A stretch of 64,000 nucleotides of DNA from Candidatus Latescibacterota bacterium (GTDB lineage Bacteria > Latescibacterota > UBA2968): contig OZ242320.1 of assembly GCA_965208125.1 (NCBI GenBank), positions 3,200,001 through 3,264,000 of the forward strand, written 5' to 3'. The position numbers were made by a program, and so were the translations under genes. Below the pieces are notes generated by a model. It was not told the origin of the DNA. It ran no database searches and was given only the letters and a program-made list of their open reading frames with translations. Shown piece by piece: positions 37,739 to 47,827 of this stretch (within the stretch, counting starts at the first letter, position 1; the number at the start of each line of letters is the position of its first letter).

Positions 37739-39574
37739 ATGCCCAACGCGCTGCTTGTATATCCAAAGAATCCGGTGACGTTCTGGAGCTTTGATGAGGC
37801 TTTGAGGTTGGTCGGAAAGAAGTCTGCTTTTCCGCCTTTGGGGTTGTTGACGATTGCCGGTATGATGCCCGAGCAATACAGTTTGCGCGTGGTGGATGTG
37901 AATGTGCATCCATTGACAGATGAAGATCTGGGTTGGGCAGATGTTGTGATTACATCGTCGATGATTATTCACTGGCATTCTCTCGAAGAGATTATTGCTC
38001 AGTGCAATGTCGCAGGCGTGCCTGTGCTCAATGGCGGTCCGTTGCCCACGCAGTATTGCGAAGATATTGAGGGAGATGCGGTTTTTTATCTGGGCGAGGC
38101 TGAAAATGGCTTTATGGATGTGGTCGAGCGATTGGTGGCCGAACCCTACCATGGGGGGCGAGAGTATATTGATCGGCGAGGTGATTTTCAAAGCCTCTCA
38201 ACAACACCGCTTCCTCGCTGGGATCTGATCAATTTTGACGATTATACTGTGATGGTGATTCAGATTACGCGGGGTTGTCCCGAAAGTTGTACATTTTGCA
38301 ATATTCCCGCGCTTTATGGCAAGATAACGCGTTTGAAAAATAGCAGCCGCGTGATTCAAGAACTGGACGCGCTTTACGATAGAGGCTGGCGCGGTTCGGT
38401 TATGGCGGTTGATGACAATTTTGTTGGCAACCGCGAAGAGATTCGAGAAACACTGGAAGAAGAGGTGGTGCCCTGGCAAAGAGAGCGTGGATATCCTTTC
38501 CAGTTATTTACACAGGCCAGCATTCGCGTGAGTGATGATCCCGCGCTGTTAGAGGCTATGCACCTCGCTGGATTTGATAAAATTTTTGCGGGGATTGAAT
38601 CGCCAGTGGAAGAGAGCCTGAAGTTTATGGGCGCGCAAAAGAATTTGCAGGGCGATACGCCTTTGCTGGAAAAAGTGAAGATTCTGCAAGACTATGGCAT
38701 GGAAGTTCAGGCTGGCTTTATCATGGGATTGGATACAGATCCAGATGATATTGCCGATCGCATGATTGCGTTTATCAGAGAAGCGGGTATTCCGGTGGCT
38801 ATGGTGGGGGTTTTGGGTGTGCTGCGCGATACACCCGATTACAAGCGCTACAAGCGGTTGGGTCGCCTGCGTGAAGATGTAAAATATACGGGTGATTCGG
38901 GTATTTTCAGTCGGGAGTTGAGTTATGTGCCCCTCATTGATCCCGATGAACTGCTGGCGCGTCATCGCAAGGTCGTGGAAACGCTGAACAGCCCAGAGAT
39001 TTTCTTTGAACGCTGCCGCACGCACTATGCACACCGCGCGCGCAGGCCGATTCCGTCAATGCCAATTGGTTGGACGGAACTCAGGGCTGGTCTTCGCTCT
39101 TTTTGGCATCAGGGTGTGGTGGGAACTTATCGGTGGACGTTCTGGAAATTTATGGCCCATATGCTCGTACACCATCCCCGAGATTTTGGCGATGGCATAC
39201 GCATGTCCATTCATGGCCGTCATTTGATCCTCACCACGCGCGACGCTCTGCAGGTTGATGATGTGCAGACATTTTTGGATGAGGCGCTGGATCACCTGAA
39301 GCGATTTAGCGAGGGATATAAAGAGGTGAGTGTCGGTGATTACGCGAGCAAGTTGATGCATGCCCTGCACGGGCGGTTTGATCATTTTCAGGACGATTAT
39401 CGCACTTTGCAACACAACGCCGAGGTGATGTTGAAGGCGGCTCAGGAATACTGCGGATTGATTCGCAAGGAATTTCGCCATCAGGTTGCAGAACCGCTCG
39501 AGCGTTTTCAACAAGAGATTGAAGCAATTCTCGAATCATATCCCACACAAAGCAGTTTACAGCCTGCGCGGTAG
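37739..39574 (+). CDS. B12-binding radical SAM protein with DUF4070-like domain (HpnP-like methyltransferase)
   Basis: LVYP..P.TFWS, PPLGLLT, GGP, RGCPESCTFC (CxxxCxxC), VDDNF, GIES, GFIMGLDTD. Confidence 0.85.
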   Translation: MPNALLVYPKNPVTFWSFDEALRLVGKKSAFPPLGLLTIAGMMPEQYSLRVVDVNVHPLTDEDLGWADVVITSSMIIHWHSLEEIIAQCNVAGVPVLNGGPLPTQYCEDIEGDAVFYLGEAENGFMDVVERLVAEPYHGGREYIDRRGDFQSLSTTPLPRWDLINFDDYTVMVIQITRGCPESCTFCNIPALYGKITRLKNSSRVIQELDALYDRGWRGSVMAVDDNFVGNREEIRETLEEEVVPWQRERGYPFQLFTQASIRVSDDPALLEAMHLAGFDKIFAGIESPVEESLKFMGAQKNLQGDTPLLEKVKILQDYGMEVQAGFIMGLDTDPDDIADRMIAFIREAGIPVAMVGVLGVLRDTPDYKRYKRLGRLREDVKYTGDSGIFSRELSYVPLIDPDELLARHRKVVETLNSPEIFFERCRTHYAHRARRPIPSMPIGWTELRAGLRSFWHQGVVGTYRWTFWKFMAHMLVHHPRDFGDGIRMSIHGRHLILTTRDALQVDDVQTFLDEALDHLKRFSEGYKEVSVGDYASKLMHALHGRFDHFQDDYRTLQHNAEVMLKAAQEYCGLIRKEFRHQVAEPLERFQQEIEAILESYPTQSSLQPAR

Positions 39575-39593
39575 GGCGCGCTGCGAACAAAAC

Positions 39594-39628
39594 AAAAGCC
39601 CGGTATCATAAAAGATATCGGGCTTTTT
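39594..39628. terminator. Bidirectional intrinsic terminator
   Basis: AAAAGCCCGGTATC-ataaaa-GATATCGGGCTTTTT. Confidence 0.75.
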
Positions 39629-39643
39629 ATTTTCTTCAAATAG

Positions 39644-39670
39644 GAAGCCGGAGACACTGTCTTCGGCTTC
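39644..39670. terminator. Second hairpin after the trxA stop
   Basis: GAAGCCGGAGAC-act-GTCTTCGGCTTC. Confidence 0.5.
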
Positions 39671-39672
39671 TT

Positions 39673-39999
39673 TTATGCAAGTACGGCTTTGAGTTTGTCT
39701 TCTATCGCGCTTTTGGGGACAGCACCGATAAGCTGATCTGCCTGTTTGCCGTCCTTAAAGATGAGCAATGTGGGGATGCTGCGAATGCCAAATCCCTGTG
39801 CTGTCTGCTGGGCGTGATCTACATCGACTTTGCAGATTTTAACGCGACCGTCGTATTCACGAGCGAGTTCTTCAATGCTGGGGGCAATCATGCGACACGG
39901 ACCGCACCACGTTGCCCAAAAATCCACAAGCACCGGAAGATCGGAATCCACTACTTCTGTCTGGAAATTTTCATCTGTAACATTTAATGGGCTTCCCAC
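39673..39999 (-). CDS. trxA: Thioredoxin
   Basis: VDFWATWCGPC, IRSIPT. Confidence 0.95.
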   Translation of the reverse strand: MGSPLNVTDENFQTEVVDSDLPVLVDFWATWCGPCRMIAPSIEELAREYDGRVKICKVDVDHAQQTAQGFGIRSIPTLLIFKDGKQADQLIGAVPKSAIEDKLKAVLA

Positions 40000-40070
40000 T
40001 TCGAGACTCCTTTCAGGTTGGGTTTTGTTCTGATTAGAATGTGCTAAACTACCAGATTTTTATAGGGTTG

Positions 40071-41096
40071 TCAAGGGGCTGCACGGCAGATTCGGTAGGC
40101 CAGATGGGCGAGAATTTCGTGTGGTGTACCGCCGCTGGACTTGAGGCGATTGTCTGCATCGAGAAGGGCATCATGGGCATTCCAGAGTGCTCGTTCGTCA
40201 AATAAACGGGCCTGATCGAGGTAGTTGTTGAGAAAAAAAGCGGGTACTTTGAGGCGTGAAGCCATTGCATTTCTGGGTAGGCGCTGGCCCGATATCCATC
40301 GCGCGCGCAGCAGAATTCCAAAGTGACGAACGAGTAGTGCGATTGTGCCAGCGGGGTGTTCTCCCTGTTCGCGGAGCCGTCCAATAAGGATTTGCGCCTT
40401 GTCCAACTGGCGGTGTCCGAGTGCGTCGGCGAGTTCAAAAACCGTAACTCCCCGCGTGCTGTCGATTACCTGAGCGACGTCTTCGCGTGAGATTGGATTG
40501 GTTGGAATAGCGATAAAGAGTTTTTCGATTTCGCCGTTCAATTCGCGTAAATTTGATCCAATGCTCATGTGGAGCAGGTGAGCCGCGTCGGGCGCGATTT
40601 GCCCGCCCAGGGTTTTGACATGTGTCTGGATCCAGGCTGGAATTTCGTTGTCGTAGGGCGGGCGAAATTCGATTGTAATTGCGCGTTTTCTAAGTTCGGC
40701 AAATAGTTTTTTGCGACCATCGGGTTTGGTGGCTGTGATGATGATGGTCGTGGTTTCGGGTGGGGATTCGATGAGGGGCAAGAGTTCGGGGGTGGCTGAA
40801 TCGGGTAAACGGTCGGCGCTTTTGAGGATAATCAAGCGGCGTTGCGCCATCATTGGAAAGGTGAGTGCTTGTGAAATAACCTGTGGAATATCGATGTCTT
40901 CGGCGCGATAAATATCGAGATTGAAGGGGCGCGCTGCGGGTTCAATGAGGGTTTCAACGAGGGCGTTGAGAAGCTGATCGCGTTGAAAGTCTTCTTCCCC
41001 GTGGAAGTAGTAGAGGGATGAGATTTCGCCTTTTTTTACGGCATCGAGAATCTGAGCTGGCGATGGGCCAGTTTTGCGAGGGCGTCGAGTAGCCAT
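40071..41096 (-). CDS. holA: DNA polymerase III delta subunit
   Basis: YYFHGEEDF, TFPMMAQRRLII, DGRKK, EIEKL, VFELADA, D.RLKSS. Confidence 0.88.
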   Translation of the reverse strand: MATRRPRKTGPSPAQILDAVKKGEISSLYYFHGEEDFQRDQLLNALVETLIEPAARPFNLDIYRAEDIDIPQVISQALTFPMMAQRRLIILKSADRLPDSATPELLPLIESPPETTTIIITATKPDGRKKLFAELRKRAITIEFRPPYDNEIPAWIQTHVKTLGGQIAPDAAHLLHMSIGSNLRELNGEIEKLFIAIPTNPISREDVAQVIDSTRGVTVFELADALGHRQLDKAQILIGRLREQGEHPAGTIALLVRHFGILLRARWISGQRLPRNAMASRLKVPAFFLNNYLDQARLFDERALWNAHDALLDADNRLKSSGGTPHEILAHLAYRICRAAP

Positions 41097-41114
41097 CTGT
41101 GTTATCCGAGGAGT

Positions 41115-41300
41115 CTAAAGGTCTTTGAAGTCTGCGTCCTGGATTTGTGAATCGTCAATGTCGCGCAGGGGGTTTTTCTTAGATGATGTACGAGTGGTAG
41201 CGCGCATTAGTATGGCGCGGAATAGGCCACCGATAAAACGAAAAAATAAGACAAGGACAAGGGCAAAGAAAAATATACGAAGCAACATGGTTGTCTCCAT
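41115..41300 (-). CDS. Small single-TM hypothetical protein
   Basis: Hydrophobic N-terminus and IQDADFKDL acidic tail; co-oriented between the RND gene and holA. Confidence 0.6.
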   Translation of the reverse strand: METTMLLRIFFFALVLVLFFRFIGGLFRAILMRATTRTSSKKNPLRDIDDSQIQDADFKDL

Positions 41301-41312
41301 AGCCTTAATGGC

Positions 41313-44300
41313 TCAATCTGCGGCGGTGTGTCGATATGGGGTTGTCGATTCAATTTTGGGCGCGCCAAACCATCGCCAGATAAGGCTGATTAGAACAGGT
41401 ACAACGACCAGTGTGAGGGCTGTGGCAAATGCGAGACCAAAGATGACAGCTACGCCCATGGGACCCCACCATTGACTGCTGCGCCCCCCAATTTCCCACG
41501 AAAAGGAAAGAAAGTCAAAACTGATACCCGTGGCAAGGGGCAGCAGCCCCAGGATAGTGGTTATGGCTGTGAGAATGACGGGGCGAAATCTTACGACGCC
41601 TGCGCGTATGATCGCTTCGCGCGCTGAAAGGCCACGCTGGCGCAATTGCAGGGTATAGCCGATCAGAACGATGGCGTTGTTGACGACCACGCCTGCAAGG
41701 CTGATTACGCCAATGCCCGTCATGAGAATGCCAAAAGGGGTTCCGGTGACAATCAGGCCGATCAGCACGCCAATCATAGACAGAATGACAGATGTGAGAA
41801 TGGTAAAGGGCAGGGCCAGAGAGTTGAATTGCGTAATCAGAATGAGCGCGATGCCAGCCAATGCTATGAGCAAAGCTTTGGAAAGAAAGGCGGTGGCTTT
41901 TTGCTGTTCTTCATTTTCTCCGGAATAGGCGATTTGATAGCCCGGTGGAAGGGAAAAATCGGATAGGGCTGCTTGCACATCGCGCATGGCCGCATCAGAT
42001 GTGCGGTCTTGCACTTTGCCTTCAATGGAGATAACGCGCTTGAGGTCTTTGCGCCGAATGCTGCCAAATCCCCCGCCCGTTTCTATGCGTGCCACCGCGC
42101 TTATGGGCGTGATTCTGCCATCTTTTTCAATGGTGATGCGCTCGAGGTCGGCAAGGGTGTTGCGCTTGTCGGACTTGAATCTCACGCGAATATCGTACTC
42201 GTCTTCGCCCAGCCGATATTCGGATGCTTCTGAGCCGTAAACAGCCGAGCGTACCGTAGCGGCAATCAGGCGCGTATTGAGGCCCGCTATTGCAGCGGCT
42301 TCTCGATCTACGACGATGCGGACTTCGGGACGCCCGCGGTCGTAGTCGTCTTTGAGATCGACAACGCCGGGCACTTCGGCTACGATGCGTTTGATGCGCG
42401 CGGATAATTGCCCCAAAATTTCGAAATTTTCGCCGGATACCTCAACGCTGATGGGAGGGCCTACGGGGGGGCCGCCGCGCTCCTGGGACAATTCGATTTC
42501 AGCGCCGGTCAGATTTTTGAGTTTGCTGCGAATTTCCTCGATGGTCTTAAAAGAGGATTGTTGCCGAATACTTTCATCGACAAAATCAACGGAAATGCGA
42601 CTGGCATTTGAAACGCCTTCGCCAGACGCAAATTCATCGCCGCCCGAGACACCCACATTGGCGACATAGGTTTCAACATCGGGAATACCAGCGAGAATGG
42701 ATTCGATCTGGCGTGCCAATTGATCCGATGTTTCGAGGTTTGTGCCCGATGGGGCGCGCACATCGATATAGGCTGTGTTGGGTTCAATTTCGGGAAAGAA
42801 TTCGATGCCTCGACCTGTGAAATAGTACGCCGCAATGACGAGAATGAGTGTGCTCGCTGCAAGAGAGAGGGTTATTCCCGGGTAATTGAGTGCCAGTTCG
42901 AGGCGACGCTGATAGGCGTTGAGGCTGCGCTGAAGGCGGGGTGATGTTTCTTTGACCGTTCCGCGCACTGTCATGAAAGATGCACAAAATGTGGGATTGA
43001 GGACGAGGCCCACGAAGAGGGACGAAGACAGGGTTATGATCAGGGTGATGGGCAAATATTTCATAAATTCGCCCATGATACCGGGCCAGACAATCATGGG
43101 TGCAAAAGCACATAATGTCGTCAATGTTGAGGTTATCACAGGCCAGGCGACTTCTCCCGTGCCTTCCAACGCTCCCTGGATGGGAGATTGACCTTCTTGC
43201 CGGTGGCGGTAGATATTTTCGACAATGACGATGGCATTATCCACGAGCATGCCAAGTGCGAGGATCAGGCTAAACAAAACGATCATATTGAGCGTGATGC
43301 CCATAATAGAGATGATGACAAAGGCGATGAGCATAGAGAGGGGTATGGCGATACCGACAAAAAAGGCATTGCGTAGGCCCAGAAAAAATAGAAGCACCAG
43401 AATGACGAGGATCAGGCCGGATATGATATTGTTTTCGAGATCTTTAACCATCATACGAATGTCTTCGGACTGGTCACCCAAAATGGTGATTTGTGTGCCT
43501 GCGGGAAGGGTGGGTTTCAAATCGTCGAGCGCGATTTTAATTTGATCGGCTATGGCAATCAGATTTTCACCACTGCGTTTGACAATTTCGAGGCTCACAC
43601 TGGGCTTGTGGTTGAGGCGGGCGTAATTTGCGCGGTCCTTAAACCCATATACAACATCGGCAACATCGCGAATATAGATCGGGCGGCCTTGCGACGCTTT
43701 GATGAGGAGGTCGCCAATCTGGGGAACGGTTTCAAGTTCGCCGGGCACGCGCACGGCGTATTTGTATGCACCTATATCCACGCTGCCGCCAGGAAGGGTC
43801 AAGTTTTCGCGTTGGATGGCCTCTATTACGTCCTGGATGGCGAGTTTGTAGGCGATGAGGCGATCGGGATCGACATCGACTTTGACTTCGTGTTCGAGAC
43901 CACCGACCACGCGTACTTCAAGGATGCCGGGGATGGTTTCGATATGATCGGCAAAGTCTTCGGCAATTTCTTTGAGCCGAATAAGCCCATAGTCGGCCGA
44001 CAATGCGACGAGCATCATGGGGATATTGGAAAAGTTGACTTCGAGAACCACGGGATCTTCTGCATCATCGGGTAATTCTGTTTTGGCGAGATCGACCTTG
44101 TCTTTGACGCGCTGGAGTGCATTGTCAATGTCGGCATTGGGATTAAATTCTACCGTGATTGACGAAGCACTTTCGATCGAACTCGAGCGGATTACTTTGA
44201 CGTTTTCAATGGATTGAAGTTCTTTTTCCAAAGGTCGGGTGATGAGGTTTTCAACATCCTGAGGCGAGGCTCCGATATACGGCGTGCTGACGATGATGAG

Positions 44301-44429
44301 GGGGATGGTAATATCCGGCGCGGCTTCGCGAGGAAGCGACAGATAGGCCGAGATGCCCGAGATGATGAGGATGCCGACAAAGACGTAAACGGTGATGCGA
44401 TGTTTGAGTGCGTACGCGGTAATGGTCAT
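41313..44429 (-). CDS. RND efflux permease (AcrB/AcrD/AcrF family)
   Basis: 1038 aa; GMLVDNAIVIVENIYR, GVVVNNAIVL, RFRPVILTAITTILGLLP. Confidence 0.95.
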   Translation of the reverse strand: MTITAYALKHRITVYVFVGILIISGISAYLSLPREAAPDITIPLIIVSTPYIGASPQDVENLITRPLEKELQSIENVKVIRSSSIESASSITVEFNPNADIDNALQRVKDKVDLAKTELPDDAEDPVVLEVNFSNIPMMLVALSADYGLIRLKEIAEDFADHIETIPGILEVRVVGGLEHEVKVDVDPDRLIAYKLAIQDVIEAIQRENLTLPGGSVDIGAYKYAVRVPGELETVPQIGDLLIKASQGRPIYIRDVADVVYGFKDRANYARLNHKPSVSLEIVKRSGENLIAIADQIKIALDDLKPTLPAGTQITILGDQSEDIRMMVKDLENNIISGLILVILVLLFFLGLRNAFFVGIAIPLSMLIAFVIISIMGITLNMIVLFSLILALGMLVDNAIVIVENIYRHRQEGQSPIQGALEGTGEVAWPVITSTLTTLCAFAPMIVWPGIMGEFMKYLPITLIITLSSSLFVGLVLNPTFCASFMTVRGTVKETSPRLQRSLNAYQRRLELALNYPGITLSLAASTLILVIAAYYFTGRGIEFFPEIEPNTAYIDVRAPSGTNLETSDQLARQIESILAGIPDVETYVANVGVSGGDEFASGEGVSNASRISVDFVDESIRQQSSFKTIEEIRSKLKNLTGAEIELSQERGGPPVGPPISVEVSGENFEILGQLSARIKRIVAEVPGVVDLKDDYDRGRPEVRIVVDREAAAIAGLNTRLIAATVRSAVYGSEASEYRLGEDEYDIRVRFKSDKRNTLADLERITIEKDGRITPISAVARIETGGGFGSIRRKDLKRVISIEGKVQDRTSDAAMRDVQAALSDFSLPPGYQIAYSGENEEQQKATAFLSKALLIALAGIALILITQFNSLALPFTILTSVILSMIGVLIGLIVTGTPFGILMTGIGVISLAGVVVNNAIVLIGYTLQLRQRGLSAREAIIRAGVVRFRPVILTAITTILGLLPLATGISFDFLSFSWEIGGRSSQWWGPMGVAVIFGLAFATALTLVVVPVLISLIWRWFGAPKIESTTPYRHTAAD

Positions 44430-45475
44430 GGGATGGATTCCGCATATTTTATTGCCACGCGATCGCCATCAATGAGGTCTCGCCCGCCTTTGACGACGAT
44501 CTGATCGCCAAAGGAAAGCCCCTTTTGGACGACGACGCGTTCAGCTTCCGATGGGCCCAGGCTGAGCGGGCGCATAAGGGCCCTGTCGTCTTTTACGACA
44601 AAGGCCACAGGCCCGGTTTCGCGTTCGATAATGGCTTCGCGGGGAATGACGACGGCATGTCGGTGAATGCGCCGCACTGCTTTCAGCGTGCCGATCATGC
44701 CGGGGCGAATATGCCCTGTTGGATTGGGCAAGTGGATTTCAATGGGAAAAACCCTCTGGTCTGTATCTGCTGCCGGGCCAACATGGGCGATTGTGCCCTC
44801 ATAAGTCTGGTTCGGCAGCGCATCGAGGATGAGGGTGACGAGGCTGCCTTCGGCGAAGTCGATGATTTCGCTCTCGGCTATCCAGGCCGCAACGCGCAGG
44901 CTGTCGGTTTGTACGAGGCGAAATGTTGCGTCACCCCGTGTGATATGTTGCCCTTGTGAGAGGTGCCGCTTTGCTATAGTGCCTGAAAAAGGCGCTTGTA
45001 TCTGCCCATAAGAGAGCCGGTGTTTTAAGGTCTGCGCTGTTGATTTGGCTTTTTGAAAGTCGTATTCTGTAGCAAAATAAGACTGCTCGGAAATCGAGCC
45101 TTCGGAGAAAAGTTGTTTGCTGCGCTCGTAATTGTAGGCTTGAAACTTGAGATTGGCCTCGGCTTCTATCAATGCGGCTTGCAGAAGCTCCATGTTGAGT
45201 TGTGCGAGATGCGCTTCGCGTTTGACGTAATCACCCACATCTTTGTACGTGTTGATGACCTCACCAGATTCGAGCGCACTGATGGTCACATCGCGCCAGG
45301 CTTTTACCGTGGCAGACAGTCTGCTGTATTGGACGAGCGAATCGGGTTTGAGCACAAATGTAGATACATTGGTGGTGCGCTCTTTGGGCATTTCTTTTTG
45401 CGCCGAAGATTCGTCGCCACAGCCCAGATGGATCGCGATCAAAAGAAAGGGTATTAAAAGTCTGTACAAATTCAT
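44426..45475 (-). CDS. RND membrane fusion protein (periplasmic adaptor)
   Basis: Lipoprotein-like N-terminus (HLGC), IQAPFSG, RPGM, GL.FGDQIVV.G. Confidence 0.9.
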   Translation of the reverse strand: MNLYRLLIPFLLIAIHLGCGDESSAQKEMPKERTTNVSTFVLKPDSLVQYSRLSATVKAWRDVTISALESGEVINTYKDVGDYVKREAHLAQLNMELLQAALIEAEANLKFQAYNYERSKQLFSEGSISEQSYFATEYDFQKAKSTAQTLKHRLSYGQIQAPFSGTIAKRHLSQGQHITRGDATFRLVQTDSLRVAAWIAESEIIDFAEGSLVTLILDALPNQTYEGTIAHVGPAADTDQRVFPIEIHLPNPTGHIRPGMIGTLKAVRRIHRHAVVIPREAIIERETGPVAFVVKDDRALMRPLSLGPSEAERVVVQKGLSFGDQIVVKGGRDLIDGDRVAIKYAESIP

Positions 45476-46908
45476 GGTTTATCCTCTTCACCCAAAATGC
45501 CCACATTGAGTTCTAAATGTACGAGGGCAACCGCAAGATCTCGCTTTGCGCGCGCGAGTTCGGCTTCGGCGCGTTGTAAGGTGAGTTGTCCATCGACGAC
45601 TTCGATCTGGGTGCCAACGCCGTTTTCATAACGCGATTCCGCGATTTCCATGCCTCGATGGGCGAGACCAACGGCCTGTATTTGTGCGCTTTTTCTGGCG
45701 CGAACTTCGAGGAAAGTGCGCCACGCCTGCAGGATGTTGAAACGCACGTCGCGCTCGGTTTGTTTTCGCATCAGTTTGGCCTGCCGCGTGTCTGAGCGAG
45801 CCTGCGCAACCTGTGCATTTGTGCGAAAGCCATCGAATATGGGAATGTTGATGGCGATGCCCGAAAACCAACTCTGATGAAAATCGTCTTTTACAAAATC
45901 AAATTCGTTTTTTTGCGCCTGCCACTGTCCATTGACAATTAAATCTACAGTAGGGCGGGATTCTGATTGGGCAATGGTCTCCGCGTGTTGGAGCATTTCG
46001 ACCTCGAGGGAGTACTGGCGCACAATGGGATTCATTTGCATTGAGAGGTCAATTAGTTCTGTCTCGGTGATAGTCGATAAAAGGTGGATTTCTTCGCGGA
46101 AAGTCCCACGAGGTGTAATGGATTCGTTGGGGTCAATGCCGATCTGATTTTTGAACGCGAGATCTGCCAATATACGCGCATTTTCCGTACTTATGGAATC
46201 GGTCAGCAGTTCGGCGACCTGTACCTGTGCACGCAGTAAATCGTAGTCCGATACGCGCCCTGCCTCGCGCAATTTTTCGACGCGTCTGAAATTTGCACGC
46301 GCACGCGCCACGGAAGATTTGCTGACGTGCGTGAGTTCCCGAGCCAGTAGCAGGTCGTAAAAAGCCGTTTCGACCTGGGTGTGTAATTGCTGCTTTGCAG
46401 CGCGTACTTTTTCTTCTGAAAATTGTCGGAACAGACGCGCAGCGCGCATGGCAGAAAAAGATTTGCCCCCACCCCAAATAGATTGTCGAATGCCAACCGT
46501 GCCGATGAGATTATTGTGTGCTCCTACGGTAAATTGTTGTTGGCCTGCTGGCGTATCAAAAAAAAAGGTGGGTAGCAACCAGTTGCGCGTGTATTGCATG
46601 GTGATATCAAGCTGGGGCAGAACATCGGCTACTGCATGGCGAACCCGTTGGCGTGATTTGCCCAGGTCTTCGCGCGCAATTAGCAGGTCTTCATTGTGCG
46701 ATAGCGCGTGTTGCAAACTCTCTTCGAGTGTAATAGACCGGGAATAGGCTCTGGGGAGCGCGAAAAAAAGGAACAGAAGGCCGATGATACACAGCCATCG
46801 ACAAAAAGATATATAGTCCATCGACATTTGGAAGGCGTGAGGTTCGGTCGGAATATTATTTGCCTGAAAATCTACAGGGTTTTGCCATGTGATGTCAAGG
46901 CGTTTCAC
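45472..46908 (-). CDS. TolC family outer membrane protein
   Basis: ITLEESLQHALSHN, AFYDLL, IPIFDG, RYENGVGT; the start may be at 46827. Confidence 0.88.
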   Translation of the reverse strand: MKRLDITWQNPVDFQANNIPTEPHAFQMSMDYISFCRWLCIIGLLFLFFALPRAYSRSITLEESLQHALSHNEDLLIAREDLGKSRQRVRHAVADVLPQLDITMQYTRNWLLPTFFFDTPAGQQQFTVGAHNNLIGTVGIRQSIWGGGKSFSAMRAARLFRQFSEEKVRAAKQQLHTQVETAFYDLLLARELTHVSKSSVARARANFRRVEKLREAGRVSDYDLLRAQVQVAELLTDSISTENARILADLAFKNQIGIDPNESITPRGTFREEIHLLSTITETELIDLSMQMNPIVRQYSLEVEMLQHAETIAQSESRPTVDLIVNGQWQAQKNEFDFVKDDFHQSWFSGIAINIPIFDGFRTNAQVAQARSDTRQAKLMRKQTERDVRFNILQAWRTFLEVRARKSAQIQAVGLAHRGMEIAESRYENGVGTQIEVVDGQLTLQRAEAELARAKRDLAVALVHLELNVGILGEEDKP

Positions 46909-47777
46909 AAACTGATACGGCAGACGCTGTCTGATAGCACCAATGCTTGAACAGTTTCTGCGACATCGTGAACCCTTACAATGTGAGTGCCTGCGATTGC
47001 GCCCAATGTGATTGCAGAAATGCTGCCCGGTAGGCGCTCGTGAGGCAGACTTTGTGGCGCAGTAAATTGCTTGCGCGATGCACCCATGAGAAGGGGGTAT
47101 CCCAGCGTGTGAAAATCGGATAGTCGGGCGAGTATTTCGATATTGTGCGCGTATTTTTTGCCAAATCCCAGTCCGGGATCAATTACAATCTGAGATCGGG
47201 AAATGCCCATCGCCCTTGCGCTGTCGATTTGTGCGCTTAAAAAGTCGAGAATATCGGATACGACATCGTCGTACACGGGGTTCCGCTGCATGGTTGCGGG
47301 CGTTCCCTGCATGTGCATCAGAACAACAGCAGCTCCCGTTTCTGCGATCAGATGCATCATGCTGGTGTCAAAACGCAGGGCACTGATGTCGTTGACAATG
47401 GTTGCGCCATTGTCAATGGCCTGTCGGGCAACTTCGGATTTGGTTGTGTCTATAGAGATGGGTACGTCGAGTTGTGGGGCAATGGCCTCAATAATGGGAA
47501 TGGTGCGATCCAGTTCTTCTTTTAGAGAGACAACGGTCGCTCCTTTGCCATAAGGCCCGGTTGGACGGGATGATTCACCCCCTATATCGATTATGTCGGC
47601 ACCGGCTTCAACCAGTGCCAGTGCTCGTTCAATCGCTTTGCGCGGTTCAAAATAAAGGCCGCCGTCTGAGAACGAGTCTGGCGTGACATTGAGAACGCCC
47701 ATCACGAGTGTTCGATGCCCCAATTGAAGGGGTGTGCCACAGCATGAAAGCTGGTAAATAGGGCGTATGTGTTTCAT
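46905..47777 (-). CDS. folP: Dihydropteroate synthase
   Basis: MGVLNVTPDSFSDGG, DIGGESSRP, SIDT, DPGLGFGK, SRK, RVHDV. Confidence 0.95.
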   Translation of the reverse strand: MKHIRPIYQLSCCGTPLQLGHRTLVMGVLNVTPDSFSDGGLYFEPRKAIERALALVEAGADIIDIGGESSRPTGPYGKGATVVSLKEELDRTIPIIEAIAPQLDVPISIDTTKSEVARQAIDNGATIVNDISALRFDTSMMHLIAETGAAVVLMHMQGTPATMQRNPVYDDVVSDILDFLSAQIDSARAMGISRSQIVIDPGLGFGKKYAHNIEILARLSDFHTLGYPLLMGASRKQFTAPQSLPHERLPGSISAITLGAIAGTHIVRVHDVAETVQALVLSDSVCRISL

Positions 47778-47793
47778 TGGGACGGTGTGAAAC

Positions 47794-47827
47794 AAAAAAA
47801 GAGATGGCGTTTGCCATCTCTTTTTTT
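47794..47827 (-). terminator. Intrinsic terminator between ftsH and folP
   Basis: AAAAAAAGAGATGGC-gttt-GCCATCTCTTTTTTT. Confidence 0.75.
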
